64,000 nucleotides of DNA, taken from NCBI RefSeq assembly GCF_009914755.1, contig NC_060931.1. One strand, written 5' to 3'. Below are positions 47,132 to 59,204 of this stretch, piece after piece (positions within the stretch are counted from its first letter, which is position 1; the number at the start of each line of letters is the position of its first letter). The DNA is from the human T2T-CHM13v2.0 reference genome, Homo sapiens. The position numbers and the translations under genes are program-made. Under the pieces are notes generated by a model. That model was not told the origin of the DNA. It saw only the letters and a list, made by a program, of their open reading frames with translations, and did no database searches.

Positions 47132-47632
47132 TAATACATGTGCACAGATATATATCTGTAGTTTAACAGATTTAGTAGTTATTAGATTTTGAGAGACATA
47201 CATTGACCCAATGTAAAGCTAAATCCACATTATAGTATACAAAATAATATAATTTTAATCCATATTTAAAGGTTATTTGATGTCTTCAATCTGCAATGGC
47301 AAAGATAACTATTCTTTTCAATTTCAACTTGTTTTCCTGTTTAGTCATTTAACTAAGCTAAATTGAAAGTCTTCTGTGTGCCTGCCTGTGGTAGGTACTA
47401 GGACTATGAAGTTGGCACCCGCACTCAAGTAGCCTTCTGTAGGCGGGAAGGCGTGGGAATCAGCACCGCCAGAGAGCACTGCAAGCATCACTCTGGAGCC
47501 AAAGAAGGGGCAGCTCAACCAGACTACAGAAGTCAGAAAAGCCTGATTCTTGCAGGCTAAGCATGGAGTTTTCAAGATGAAAGGATGGAGTTATCTGACC
47601 TTCCTCTCCCTACATACTCTGAATTCCCTATA

Positions 47633-48604
47633 CAAATCTGCTCAAAAGTGTGGTCTGTGGACTGGGACTTGCCAACAACTATTTCTGGTTCAACATTAAG
47701 TACAGAAATTAAGAGCAAGCCTTTAGAACCTTTTATATCAATTTGATAGAGTATTTATAAGTCTGTTGAATCTAGCAATAAAAAGTTAGGGTTTGTATTT
47801 TCTATCCATTTTTCTGTTTCTTTAGGCTAATAATTCATTTTATTTCATTAAAACAAACTATTGGTCTGTGATGGATTGAAAACTTAAAAAAAATCTCTGC
47901 TGAAAACTTGTGTCCACACAAAAACCTGCACACATTGTTTATAGCAGTTTTATTCTTAACTACCAAAACTTAGAAACAACCAAATGCCCTTCAGTAAGTG
48001 AATGAATAAACTGTGGTACATCCAGACAATGGAATATTATTCAGTGCTAAAAAGAAATAAACTAACAAGCCATGAAAAGACATGGAGGAAACTTAAATGC
48101 ATATAATTATGTGAAAGAAGTCAATCTGAAAGGCTACATACTGTATGATTCCAACTATATGACATTCTGGGAAAGGCAAAACAATGAAGACAGTAAAAAG
48201 GTCAGTGGTTGCCAGAGGTTAACAGGGAGGAAGGAATGAATAGATGGTATATAAAGGATTTTTTAGGGCACTGCAACTATTCTGTATGGTATTATAACAG
48301 TGAATACATGTGATTATACACTTGACAAAATCCATAAAATGTCCAATATCAAGAGTGAACACCAAGAGTAAACTATGGACTTTGGGTGATAATGATGTAT
48401 CAAGATGGGTTCATCGACTGTAGTAAATGCACCTCTCTGCTGTGGAATGTTGAAGGCTGGGGAAGTCTGAAGGTTGGGGAGTATATGTGGATAAGGGAAT
48501 ATGGGAAATCTCTGTACCTTCCACTGAATCTTTCTGTGAACCGAAAATTGAAGTCTATGAAAAGAAAAGCTGGTTCTTTCCCACAATTTGTTTAAGTGAT
48601 ACTG
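47633..48604. mobile_element. Charlie4-like hAT MITE split by L1MC
   Basis: ctcaaaagtgtggtctgtggac...taagtacagaaattaagagcaagc.tttagaa...ggtctgtgatggattgaaaa [L1] ctggttctttcccaca...tttaagtgatactg. Confidence 0.6.
47899..48566 (+). mobile_element. L1MC1-like 3' end
   Basis: tgaaaacttgtgtccacacaaaaacctgcac...aagccatgaaaagacatggaggaaacttaaatgcatat...aactatggactttgggtgataatgatgt. Confidence 0.85.
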
Positions 48605-48947
48605 CTTTATTTTCATTACTCTTCTACCTCAAACTCTACCAGGTCCTCTGACCATATGAAATGTCATGGTAACTCCTTGTGAGACCCAAGAAATACGAGG
48701 TGGTAGGGACAATTATTCACTGCAGGCTGTAACGCTTCTTGTAAAAATTGAGAGGTAAAAATTCAAATATATAGAAATATATTACATAAGATATTAAAGG
48801 CCGTAACTCCATTCCCCAGGCACAACAAAAATCGTTAATATAACTAATATCACTCCACTGTTTTTGTGAGACTATATTATGTATACTCATTTGCAACTTT
48901 CCAACTCGCACATTTTCCTATGCAAATACAGAAGGATAACTGTAAAG

Positions 48948-49135
48948 ACATAACATTTATTGAGTGTCTACTAGATACCAGAAAATGTTCTAAAAACTTT
49001 ATAAGGTATTATTCATTTGCTTTATGAAACTCTATAAAGTAGATACTATTGTTATGCCCATTACACAGACGAAAAAGCTGAGGTGCAGATATAAAGTATT
49101 TTGTTCAATTTCTCACAGATAATTAAGTGGCAGAT
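48948..49135 (-). mobile_element. MIR
   Basis: aacatttattgagtg.ctact...tagatactattgttatgcccattacacagacgaaaaagctgagg. Confidence 0.75.
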
Positions 49136-49154
49136 CTCAGAAATCAAAATATAT

Positions 49155-49545
49155 ATGATTCTACTTCATTCTTATTAATGACTAGTTAGCATTCCTATTT
49201 TGTAAAGTTAACAATTCCTATTTTAATAGGCATTTGGATTATTTTGTTACTTTACTACCAGAAGTAATGTTGCAACATCTTCTACATGTCACTTTATTCA
49301 CTAATATTAGTATTTCCATACAATAAATTCCTAAATATGGAACACTAGTTCAAAGGGTTTAATACATTTCAGTTATAACAGATATTGGCAAATTGTCCTC
49401 CACAATAAGAGGAGTATCAATTGACACACTATTATCAATTGTGTATTAGGATTATCAGTTATTTATCCTTTATGAATACCATATATTATCATTTAAAAAT
49501 TTTTTTCAACCAGAGAATCAAAACTGCTCTATTATTGTTATAGAA
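49155..49545 (-). mobile_element. Old L1 (L1ME-type) fragment
   Basis: ataaattcctaaatatggaacactagttcaaaggg...cagatattggcaaattgtcctcca. Confidence 0.6.
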
Positions 49546-51429
49546 ATCTTAAAGTTGCCTTATAAAGATTTGATTTTTTTGGAGATGGTTGTGTATGGCA
49601 TCTGGGTTGATGAGTCAAATTCTTCTTTCTCACTTCCCCTTCTGCTCCACCTGCAGAAAGAAGGAACGGACGCACACCTCCCCAAGGAGCCCTGGCACTA
49701 ACTACAACACACACAGGGTTTGGCCAGACCTGGACCAGCTTTTGGAAAACACTAACTCAACTGTCATCCAACTTGCTGCAGTTAACCACCCGTCAGTCAC
49801 CCATCAGGGGGCATGAAGCTCTGGTTTGATCACTTTGCTAAGGGCTGCACAAGGAAGAAAAAAAGTCATAAAACACTATATTGTCAAGCAGTACTCACTG
49901 CTTCTCCTCTTCACTGTCCTCTACCTTGAGTCCCTCAAAATATTTCACCTGCATGACATTTCTTCACTTGAGATGCTGTTTGCCCTTTAAATGGCATCTT
50001 AGCATTTGAGGTCCTCTAGCTGTCTTCTTTCTTTTCCTTAGGCTGACAATTCTGCTGAAAGTTTGTGAAAAGACTTGACATTCACAAAATCTAAGGTCTT
50101 CTGGTGATACCAAATGTAACAGGAATGGAAGCATCATCAGCACTGTGCAACATTATGTTTCTTTAGCATGGTTTGGCTCAGGTTACAAAACCTGGGCAGC
50201 TGTACCACAGACAGAGGCTATGGCCATTTCCCCTCTATTTTATGATCATCCCTGTTTCATTACTTTGTGCTTTCACTACATCCTGGCCTAGCAGTCTGTA
50301 GCAGCAGGCTAGAGAGATAAGGCCTTCTGGTAATAAATAAAGTAGAAGGTTAAAACCACAAAAAAGGGAATGTGGGAAATTGTGATGACAAGGCCATATG
50401 TTTAGCCTTGGATATGTGCTCTAAGAGTAGCTGGGAGCCTTTTTACCCTCTTTTAAGAGGACTTCGCATTTACACTCTATCATCCAAACATTCATAAATG
50501 CATATGCTCACAGCCAGAGAATGAGACTATTTGACAGCACCCTTTTCTTATTAAGTGCAAATGACAGACACATGCAAGTGGCCTCCACTCAAGACACAAT
50601 GCTATACAATTCTGATTGTACTGAGGAAATAAATTAGAAAAATGTAAATTTACTAATAATTAGCCACAAATAGGATTACCCTCTCTACTCACCTTAGAAC
50701 TCAAACGTATAGATAACAAAGTTCCTCAAAGGGGTGAGACAAAAAGAGGTGGGAGGTAAATTGAAACATATTTATCTAATTGAACAATTTGACCAATTGA
50801 TAAATATGGAGTAGGGAGAAATCCTTGCTAGCATCCACTATATGATCTTTGACACACATTGGCTTTCATCACAAGTGCAGAAAAAAAAAATCCCCATAAT
50901 AAATGATACCTAATTTTACTTTTCATTCAAGCCCTTAATTTTAAATACGGATCTAAATTCCATTGTTAAGGAAGCGTATTACAATAATTATTTAGGAAAT
51001 GAGAGAATAATGAAAGAAAATTTTAAATCTCTTTCCTATGCACAAAGGAAAATATTTTTAATACAGATTAATATTTAGGATTTTTATCCTATGTAGCTCA
51101 ATTTTTTCATATCTTTTTTTCCTGACCACCTCAACACACTGCTTTTGCATGATTAAGAGAAAAACAAATCGAGGTTGGACAAAAGCTACAAATGAAAGGA
51201 GTGGCTTGAATAACATAAGATGTATTTACTAAAGCACGAAAGCTCCCCCTTGTGATACGAAGTGACCAGCCAGGAGGGAGCAGGGACTTGTCTGGCTGTC
51301 AGGTGAGCATTTGAAGTATTACTCGCTGTATCTTATTATTGGTATTTAATTGACTCAGTTCTCCTTCAACCACAGGTAAGTAACTATAGAACCCAACGAG
51401 TCTAGATAAAAGTGATTAAAAAGAACTGC

Positions 51430-52480
51430 AAGCATTTTATAGAAACCACAATAAATTCCAAATGGATTAAAGATTTAAATGTAATAAATTATATAATGAA
51501 ATTTTGATGGATAATTTTATATTTGACTGGGGAAGGACTTTCTAAACAGGATATCAAAATCACAAGCCATAAAAGATGCCACTAGATTTTTCACATAAAA
51601 TTCCTAAACTTCACCTAAATTAAATTCCTTAAACTAAATTAAAACTAAGAAAAACAAAATTGCGATATATACAACAGGCCAATAGCGCATACACTTATGA
51701 AAGAATGAGCTCTTAAACTTTTTTAAGGAAGAAACAACACACCATTTTGGCTAATAAGCACACTAAGATACATCAAACTTTATTGGTAATAAAGAATAAA
51801 AGTTACAAATTAAAAGACCAATGAGATAGTATTTTTTTTCATGTACCTACCATCTTGGCTAAGATTTAAAAGAATAATGCCCAATGCTTAGTATGCAGAA
51901 ATAGACACTTTAATACATAGGAGTATATTTACACATGCAAGTTTCCTGGGGGCCTGGGAGGAATCTAGTAATATATATAAAAATTGAAATAGGCATATTC
52001 CTTTAACCAGAAATGCAATCTCTACAAATTTATCAGACAAACATGTGAGCATAACTAAGCAACAAATATCCAAAAAGTATTGCTTATAGTAATGAAGTAT
52101 TGCAAGCAATAGTAAATGTTTATTGTTTCAAATTTGGTAAATAAATTAATCCATTTTTACAAATTAATACTTTGCAGCTATTAAATACAATGATATCATC
52201 TATGCTTTACGATTCCATTAAATGTACAGAATATAATTATTAAGTGAAAAAGCAAATATTAAATATTATAAAGTTTTTTTAATGTTTTATGTATATTTAA
52301 AATTCTAATAAATTCATGCTTTCACATGAAGAATTATTATCCTGGGGAAAGAAGGGCGGGAGCTTGATGAGGGAGCTTATTTAACCAGTGATTTTTATTT
52401 TTTTGATAGACTTCTCTGTTTTCTATGTTTTATGTAATATACATAAATAACTTTTATAACAACAAAAATTAGTTTTTCTT
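51430..52480 (+). mobile_element. Old L1 (L1ME-type) ORF2-end/3'UTR fragment
   Basis: ataaattccaaatggattaaagatttaaatgta...ggaaggactttctaa...taagtgaaaaagcaa. Confidence 0.7.
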
Positions 52481-53039
52481 AAAAATATAAACAAATCCTT
52501 ATTTTGGACTTTTTTTTTCACCATGACTGCTTTTTGAAGACTTCAGATACTGAATTTGAAACAGCATAGAAATAAACAATGGGTTTTTTTAAATCTGTGT
52601 TTTGACTATTCCTAACTCTGAAGGAAGTACATTCTAGCAGTTGGTCCTGAATATAAATAACCATAGCTAAAATAAAACTTTTAGAGTAGACTTCTGAAAT
52701 TATTTCCTCCAATTATTCCATCTTACAGACAGAAATTTTAAATTTGGGTAGATAATATGTCTTTGCAAAGTCACAAAGCAGTGGGCAGTAGACCAGAATG
52801 AAAATGCAGATACCCTCCCTCCTTAATCAACTTCCCTTTGTGTGACTGAAAACTTCCACTTCTGTGACTTTTATTGCATGAGTTTTCAAACAAATTTTTA
52901 AAGTAGTTCTCATAGCATGCTAGTGTTATCTTGAACAATGACATAAATAATGAAACTGACTGCATAGTCTGCATTCCCTTATTAGTAAGGATATACCCAA
53001 ACTATCCATGACCCAAATGTGCCATTTATCAAAATAATC

Positions 53040-53220
53040 ATGATGATGATTATATCCTACCATAGAGCTACTGCAATGTGCGAGCCACCATGTTAATGCT
53101 TTATATGCATTCTTTCATTTAATTTTTATAACTTAGATAGAAATTCTTATTATCTGCATTTTATTGATGAGAAAACAAAGTCTTAGAAGAGTGACTTAAC
53201 CAACATCATAGAGCTAGTGT
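53040..53220 (-). mobile_element. MIR
   Basis: atgctttatatgcatt..tcatttaat...cattttattgatgagaaaac...gtgactt..ccaacatcatagagctagt. Confidence 0.65.
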
Positions 53221-54514
53221 GACATTCTATTACAGCACCTCCTTGGTGTATCTGACTCCCAGATTTAAAAATAAAAGACTTCTCCATTGCTCCTTAAATT
53301 GCTTCATAAAGACGGCCAAAGATTCAAGACATATCACATGTCTTCATGATAGTGGATTAAAACGAAGCACCATTTTCATAATGTCCAACATATTATAACA
53401 TATGATACGCCATGTTGCAATACATTTCCATGCCTCCTTTAAAAATGGTCTCATAAATAATGTGTTAATCTATAACTAACCTCTGCAGTAGACCTAGAAC
53501 CACTGACCCATCTCATACTTACCAAAAGACAGCAAGTCTTTCCTAAACTGTCTGCGACAACTTAAGAAAAAGTGGTGAGAATATCAATAAATTATCATAT
53601 AGCACATGTTCAATTATGTTCAGACACTGATTTAAAATAAGTAATAGAAGTAAATCTTTAGTAGATCTGCCTTTACTAAATTTTGCTGTAAATCTCCCTT
53701 CTTCCTCATTTATTTGCTCTTTTAGTTACATTCTTCTTACATGCTTCCTTATTAATTTCTCTTTCAATCATTCTGTTTATGTTTACCTGCTGAAGTCTTA
53801 AATTGAACTCTTGTTATTTTCCCATCAATCATATTGTAGGTTCCATGTACCATTCACTCACCCAATCCTTCACAAGAAGTATCCCTGGTAAGCAGCACAG
53901 ATGAGTAGTGAAGGAAAACAGGAGAGAGGAACCATTGCAGCAATGCTAAATAAGCTGGAATTTAGAGATTGATCTCAGTAAATCAGCTAGAGATGAAAGT
54001 AGAATGCGAGTCATGCCTCCTTCTCCCTAAGTTTAGATGAAGGCATCACAGGGGCAGGGACATTAAGCAAGAAGAAAGCCAGGAAGAACCTGGAGGCATT
54101 TTTAGATGTGGTGGCCAAGCCTCTCCTTCAGTTTTCTGAGGGCTCTTTCCTTTTAGACACCTTTGCCCTGGAAAATACGGTGAAAAAACAAGGGTCAACT
54201 TGCATAGGGCTTATTTTATGACTAAGGGAAAAAGAAAGGGGAGAAGACTTTCAAGGCCAATCAATTTACCAGGATAAAAAATGAGAAAGAAACCGTAGCT
54301 ACTAAGCAATAAGCATTATCCACTTACACACTTAATCAGGGTTAACTCCTGGGAGGAAGTTGGAATACATTCCAGTGTTGTATCAATGGCAGGAGCAAAA
54401 TGAAACCAAGTAGGAGGAAAGTAGCCAGTGGGAGTGAGAGGTGTCTTGAATATATGTGGGATTCCTGGGACTAAGGAGAGGAAGAGAAAGATAGTAGTAA
54501 AATGTGATAAAGTG

Positions 54515-54740
54515 TAAATAAAGATCAGATGCTAGAGCCAGCTAACCCAGACTCAAATCCTCCCTCTGGCCCTAACCAGTTGTGTTTTTGTGAGTAATCT
54601 TGAGCATTGAGCTAACATTCTCTGAGCTTCAATGATTTTCCTTACATAAAGAAGCTAACAATACCTACCTGGAAAAATAATACATAATCTATGTAAAATG
54701 CCTAGCATACATAGGGCCTGACACCTAGAATATAATCATA
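54515..54740 (+). mobile_element. MIR
   Basis: ctagagccag...tcaaatcc...tctctgagcttcaa...aatacctacct...atgtaaaatgcctagca...cctgacac. Confidence 0.65.
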
Positions 54741-54779
54741 GTGGGATTTTCCTGCTGCTCTAGATTGCTAATTTGCATT

Positions 54780-54964
54780 TAAGGTTGCAAAATTTGACAA
54801 ACAACAATACAGGATGCCAAGTTTAATTTCAGTTATAGATAACTAGGTATAAATTCTCCAGTATAAGTGTGACCCATGCAATATTTAGGACATACTTATC
54901 TTAAAAATTTCCCCTTATCTTAAATTCAAATTTAACTGCACATTAATTTTATCTGGCAGCTCTA
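54780..54964. mobile_element. MER53 palindromic MITE
   Basis: Ends taaggttgcaaaattt / ttatctggcagctcta; central agtataagt..cccatgcaatatttaggacatacttat. Confidence 0.85.
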
Positions 54965-55149
54965 CAAGCTGCATTCAAAGTTGGAGGAAAACAAGTCATG
55001 ATATCATACCTTTTTAAAGGACCTACAAGCAATTGAGGGCCAGAAGTTCCCTCCAAGACTCACGAGGAACCAAGACAAACTGGCTGTGCTACCCCTAGCC
55101 ATCACTCACACATCCAACGCACCTCTCTCCCGACTCTGGAGAGTTGGAG

Positions 55150-56291
55150 AAACTACTGTAGGGAAATATGTGGAAATAAGGAATTTCCAGACTAGGAAGA
55201 GGGTAGTTTTCACCTCTCCCTGCAAATCAAGTGGGAGCATCTCCTTCCCCGGGTTGGATGAGTTTGTTATGTACCTGAGTTGTTGACATGCCGTATGAAA
55301 TAGCAGAGTTTTGGGTCATGATAGAGATGTTTGAGTTTCCTGTCGGTCACGTGAACACTTCAGAAGGCAGGGAGACCCCAAGTGAAGGAATTTGGAGGGG
55401 TCCCGAGAGTTCAAACCAGAGCAGGCTTGCTTGAATCACATTCAGTGGAGTGATGAGGCTCCAACTGACCGTCTGAAGAATTCACAAATGACTCTCACAT
55501 GAGAGACGGGATTTAGATGCCCATTATGCAGACAGCTGTGACAGCCAGTTGATGTTAAACACAGAAGCCTCAACAGACAGGTCTACAGCAGTCAGGTAAA
55601 TGAAAACATTTATAACTCTTCTAACTCCTACCACTAAACACACCAGAGGGATCCAGGAGGTAGGGGAGAGGAAAGGAAGGAGAAGAGCACAACTCTTCCC
55701 TCTCCAAGTCCTGGCTGAATCCTCACAAGTGCTGAGGTGATGATGACAAGGCCTAAGTTCAGTATTTAGACTGCGCTAAATTTTTTTATATGTAGTCCCC
55801 CCACCTTATCCACGGTTTCACTTTCACAGTTGCAGTTACCCACTCTCAGTTGTGGTACAAAAATACATGAGTACCATATCCCAAGATATTTTGAGACAGA
55901 CTACACTGACATAACTGTAATTATAGTATATTGTTAGAATTGTTTTATTATTAGTTGTTGCCAATCTCTGTGCCTAATTTATAAATTAAAGTTTATCATA
56001 GATACGTATGTATAAGAAAAAACAGTATATATATATAGTTGGTACTCTCTGCGGTTTCTGGTATCCACTGAGGTCTTGGAGTATGTGCCCCAAGTGTAAG
56101 TGGGGTCTACTATACTCAAGAGATACCAGAAAACCTAGGATCCACCCAAAATAACATGAAAGATGACAGGGAAGAGGAAGTTTGACCATTTATTCAAACA
56201 TGTTTATGTTTGAAATAGTAATTGAAAAATAAAATTGCTTCATATCTGGGCCCTTACTAAATCAGACTCCTAGCTGACAATAGGTCTTCAC
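55150..56291 (+). mobile_element. Probable ancient LTR (family unresolved), interrupted by MER44A
   Basis: Purine-rich body; 3' part accagaaaacctaggatccacccaaaat...aaaaataaaattg...ends in CA; resembles old mammalian LTR ends; left boundary uncertain. Confidence 0.35.
55790..56112. mobile_element. MER44A (Tigger7 MITE)
   Basis: TIRs gtagtcccccc..cttatcc / taagtggggtctacta; internal gtgcctaatttataaattaaa. Confidence 0.88.
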
Positions 56292-56404
56292 AGGATAGAA
56301 AGGTCAACTCAGATTCCATGCGGGAGTTTAAATCTAAGAGCTCCTTAAATAAAACTACTAGGCTCTGAAGGGGCAGGCTGGTGAAGTGGATGAAGTTGAG
56401 GCAC

Positions 56405-56610
56405 ATTTCAATTGATATATAAAGGCATCAGTTTAATTGCATTACAATAAAGATGAAAAGTGCCAGGACTTGGTGAAAGCCTTATAATTAACAATGAGAT
56501 ACAAGCTGACTTCAGCCACAAGGTCCACTGTTGGGTTTTGGAGATACCTAGGACCAGGGCACCCTGGTAAGACAAAGTGGCTTTACCATGGAGTTACACT
56601 TGGGATTCTG
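56405..56610 (+). repeat. Donor copy of 206-bp dispersed duplication
   Basis: 204/206 identical to 57903-58108. Confidence 0.98.
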
Positions 56611-56717
56611 CCCTCCAATTTAGTGTCTCTGAGATATAAAATTATAGCATCTCAAGGAAAAGAGCATGGGAAAGCCATTTCAAAGCTGGTGAATGTTCCA
56701 GTTCCAGTGTCGGCTGA

Positions 56718-56731
56718 ATTGCCATGGCAAC
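56718..56731. promoter_or_regulatory. RFX X-box motif
   Basis: ATTGCCATGGCAAC, 13/14 match to the palindromic consensus GTTGCCATGGCAAC; motif only. Confidence 0.5.
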
Positions 56732-56808
56732 ACGATGGACAGTTGCATGGTGCCCATTTCCAGGCAGGTAGCAGAGCTGGGGGGGCAGGCATCTGCCTTG
56801 CCCATCTT

Positions 56809-56926
56809 AGATACAGAGTCTCACTATGTTGCCCAGGCTGGTCCCAAACTCCTGGGCCTTAAGAGATCCTCTTGCCTGGGCCTCCCAAAGTGCTGGGATT
56901 ACAGGCGTGAGCCAGGGGGCCCACCA
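56809..56926 (-). mobile_element. Alu left monomer (FLAM_C-like), tail absent
   Basis: agagtctcactatgttgcccaggctggtc..aaactcctggg...cctcccaaagtgctgggattacaggcgtgagcca. Confidence 0.85.
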
Positions 56927-57595
56927 CCTTCTGAGTTTCGAGCCTCATTGGCCTTCCAGCCCACTTAAGCTGTTGGGCCTAAGTAGGTTCAGGAAAGGTT
57001 CACTGATTCCAGGTAAATCAGAGGAACAAGCACTGTTAATAGAAATACATAGAAAATGCTATTATGCTGAAGCATAACTGTTGTTTCAGAAGTCTGGCAT
57101 CTGGTGCACTTAACAATAGAGAATATATTAAATTATTTCCCAAATAAAAGAAAAACAAAAACAAAACTGGTGAATGAAAAAAAGACCTCCTTATATCATT
57201 CAGCCTGAGATCCTCTGTAACAGGTAATAGCAGGATAGCTGCCTAGTGGCCTGAGGTTTGCTTCTGACAGCTGTGTAGGCACTTCCTGGAGCCCTTAAAG
57301 CAAAGCATGGAGCACAGGAGAGGGAACTGCCACAGAAGTTTCACAGCCTCCTTGCTCATGTCACAAAGTTACCCTTTGCTTTTAGCCCCTAAAACCTTTC
57401 TTGTTTAAATTGTGCTTTTGATTTCAGTCCTGTTTATATTCACAATATGTCTTAGCTCTCCATTTGGTAAGTATTTTTTGGAAGTGGCACCAATATCAGA
57501 TGGCATTTGTCCCCAGAGAAAGATCTGCTTTCTTATTGTTTTGATTAGTTGATACGTATTGAAAACTAACAATATATACCTCAAAGCATGATATA

Positions 57596-58129
57596 TGTAT
57601 TAGTCCGTTCTCACACTACTGATCAAGACATACCTGAGACGGGAAAGAAAAATAGGTTTAATGGACTCACATTTCCCTGTGGCTGGGAGGCCTCACAATA
57701 TGGCCAAAGGATAAGGGACTTCCTATGTGGCGGTGACAAGAGAGAATGAGAAAGAAGCAAAAGTGGAAACCCCTTATAAAACCAACAGATTTCACAAGAC
57801 TTATTCACTACCATGAGAACAGTATGAGGGAAACTGCCCCCATGATTCAATTATCTCCCTCCTACAACACATGGGAATTATGGGAGTACAATTCAAGATG
57901 AGATTTCAATTGATATATAAAGGCATCAGTTTAATTGCATTACAATAAAGATGAAAAGTGCCAGGACTCGGTGAAAGCCTTATAATTAACAATGAGATAC
58001 AAGCTGACTACAGCCACAAGGTCCACTGTTGGGTTTTGGAGATACCTAGGACCAGGGCACCCTGGTAAGACAAAGTGGCTTTACCATGGAGTTACACTTG
58101 GGATTCTGACACAAAGCCAAATCATGTCA
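57596..58129 (-). mobile_element. THE1 (MaLR) solo LTR carrying a 206-bp insertion
   Basis: tgtattagtccgttctcacact...tacaattcaagatgagattt [insert] acacaaagccaaatcatgtca; 5-bp TSD atata/atgta (57591-57595, 58130-58134). Confidence 0.92.
57903..58108 (+). repeat. Inserted copy of 206-bp duplication
   Basis: Offset 1498 bp from the donor; mismatches only at 57969 (C vs T) and 58010 (A vs T). Confidence 0.98.
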
Positions 58130-58572
58130 ATGTAGTATAAATAAACTCAGAATCATAGTTTCTCCGGTTAATAAAATAAGATTTGCTTATCTTCTAAGGG
58201 AGTTTGTCAAGTGAAGTTCAAAACTTAAAATACTAAGCCCTGCTGGTAATTTCCATTCAGTTTGTTGATACCTTTTATTAAAAATGAAAAATTAATAAAA
58301 TAATCTCAAAGCCCCTCTAAAATACTGCCTGCAAAGAATCTGAAAGAGCAAAGGAAGAAAAAAAAACTTCATCCTAATTACAGGATGTAGAAAAACTTGT
58401 GCCAATTCTCAGAAGTGTTGAATAGGGCCAGAAGCAAGGATCTGGCTATCTTTGTAATAAGTGCACAGGGGTTTAGGATAATGTTACCAAGTTCCTGGCA
58501 TATGGAGCATCTAAATAAACAGAATACCCTCAATCCAATTTGCCAGTACTGAGGATTATGTGTGGTGGATAT

Positions 58573-59112
58573 TGTAGACAGAATTCTAAGATGGCCCCAA
58601 GATTTCTGCCCCCTGTTGTACAAGTCCTGTATAGAAGCCCCTGGGTGTGGCCAACCTGTATATATGATATGGTCTCTCCCATGATTAATTTAGATTAGGT
58701 GGCATGATCGCCTGTGAGAAAGGGACATGATCTAATAAGATGGTCCTTAAAAGTGACTGGGCTTTTCCTGGTGAAAGAGATGTGTGAGAGAGATTGAAGT
58801 GTGGAAGGAATTTCAACACAAGGGAGACTTGCTATCGTTGGCCTTGAAGGAAGTGGGACCCACATAGAGGTTACAACTGTAAGGAACTGAATTCTTCCAA
58901 CACCTGAATGAGTGTGGAAGTGGATTCTTCCCCAGAGCCTCCAACAACGTAGCCCAGCCAACCCTGGTTTTAGCTTATGAGACCCTGAGCAAAAGAGGAC
59001 CCAATTAATCCTACCTGGACTTCTAAACTACAGAACTGGAGCTGACAAAGGTCTGCTATTTTAAGCCACTAATTTTGTGGTAATTGTGATGTGGCAATAG
59101 AAAACGAATACA
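58573..59112 (+). mobile_element. MLT1E-like MaLR solo LTR
   Basis: tgtagacagaattctaagatggccccaagatt...aaggaactgaattct.ccaaca.ctgaatgag...ttttaagccactaa...gcaatagaaaacgaataca. Confidence 0.85.
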
Positions 59113-59204
59113 GGAGACAACAGTTATCACATAAAATTGGTTTGGCAGAAAAGAGGTGATAGTTGAATTAAGCTGAAAAAAGTAAGTCAAAGGATAAAAT
59201 AACC

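Noticed and set aside
56494-56862. 122-aa ORF overlapping the duplicated donor
   Set aside because: C-terminus is translated antisense Alu monomer; no homology recognised
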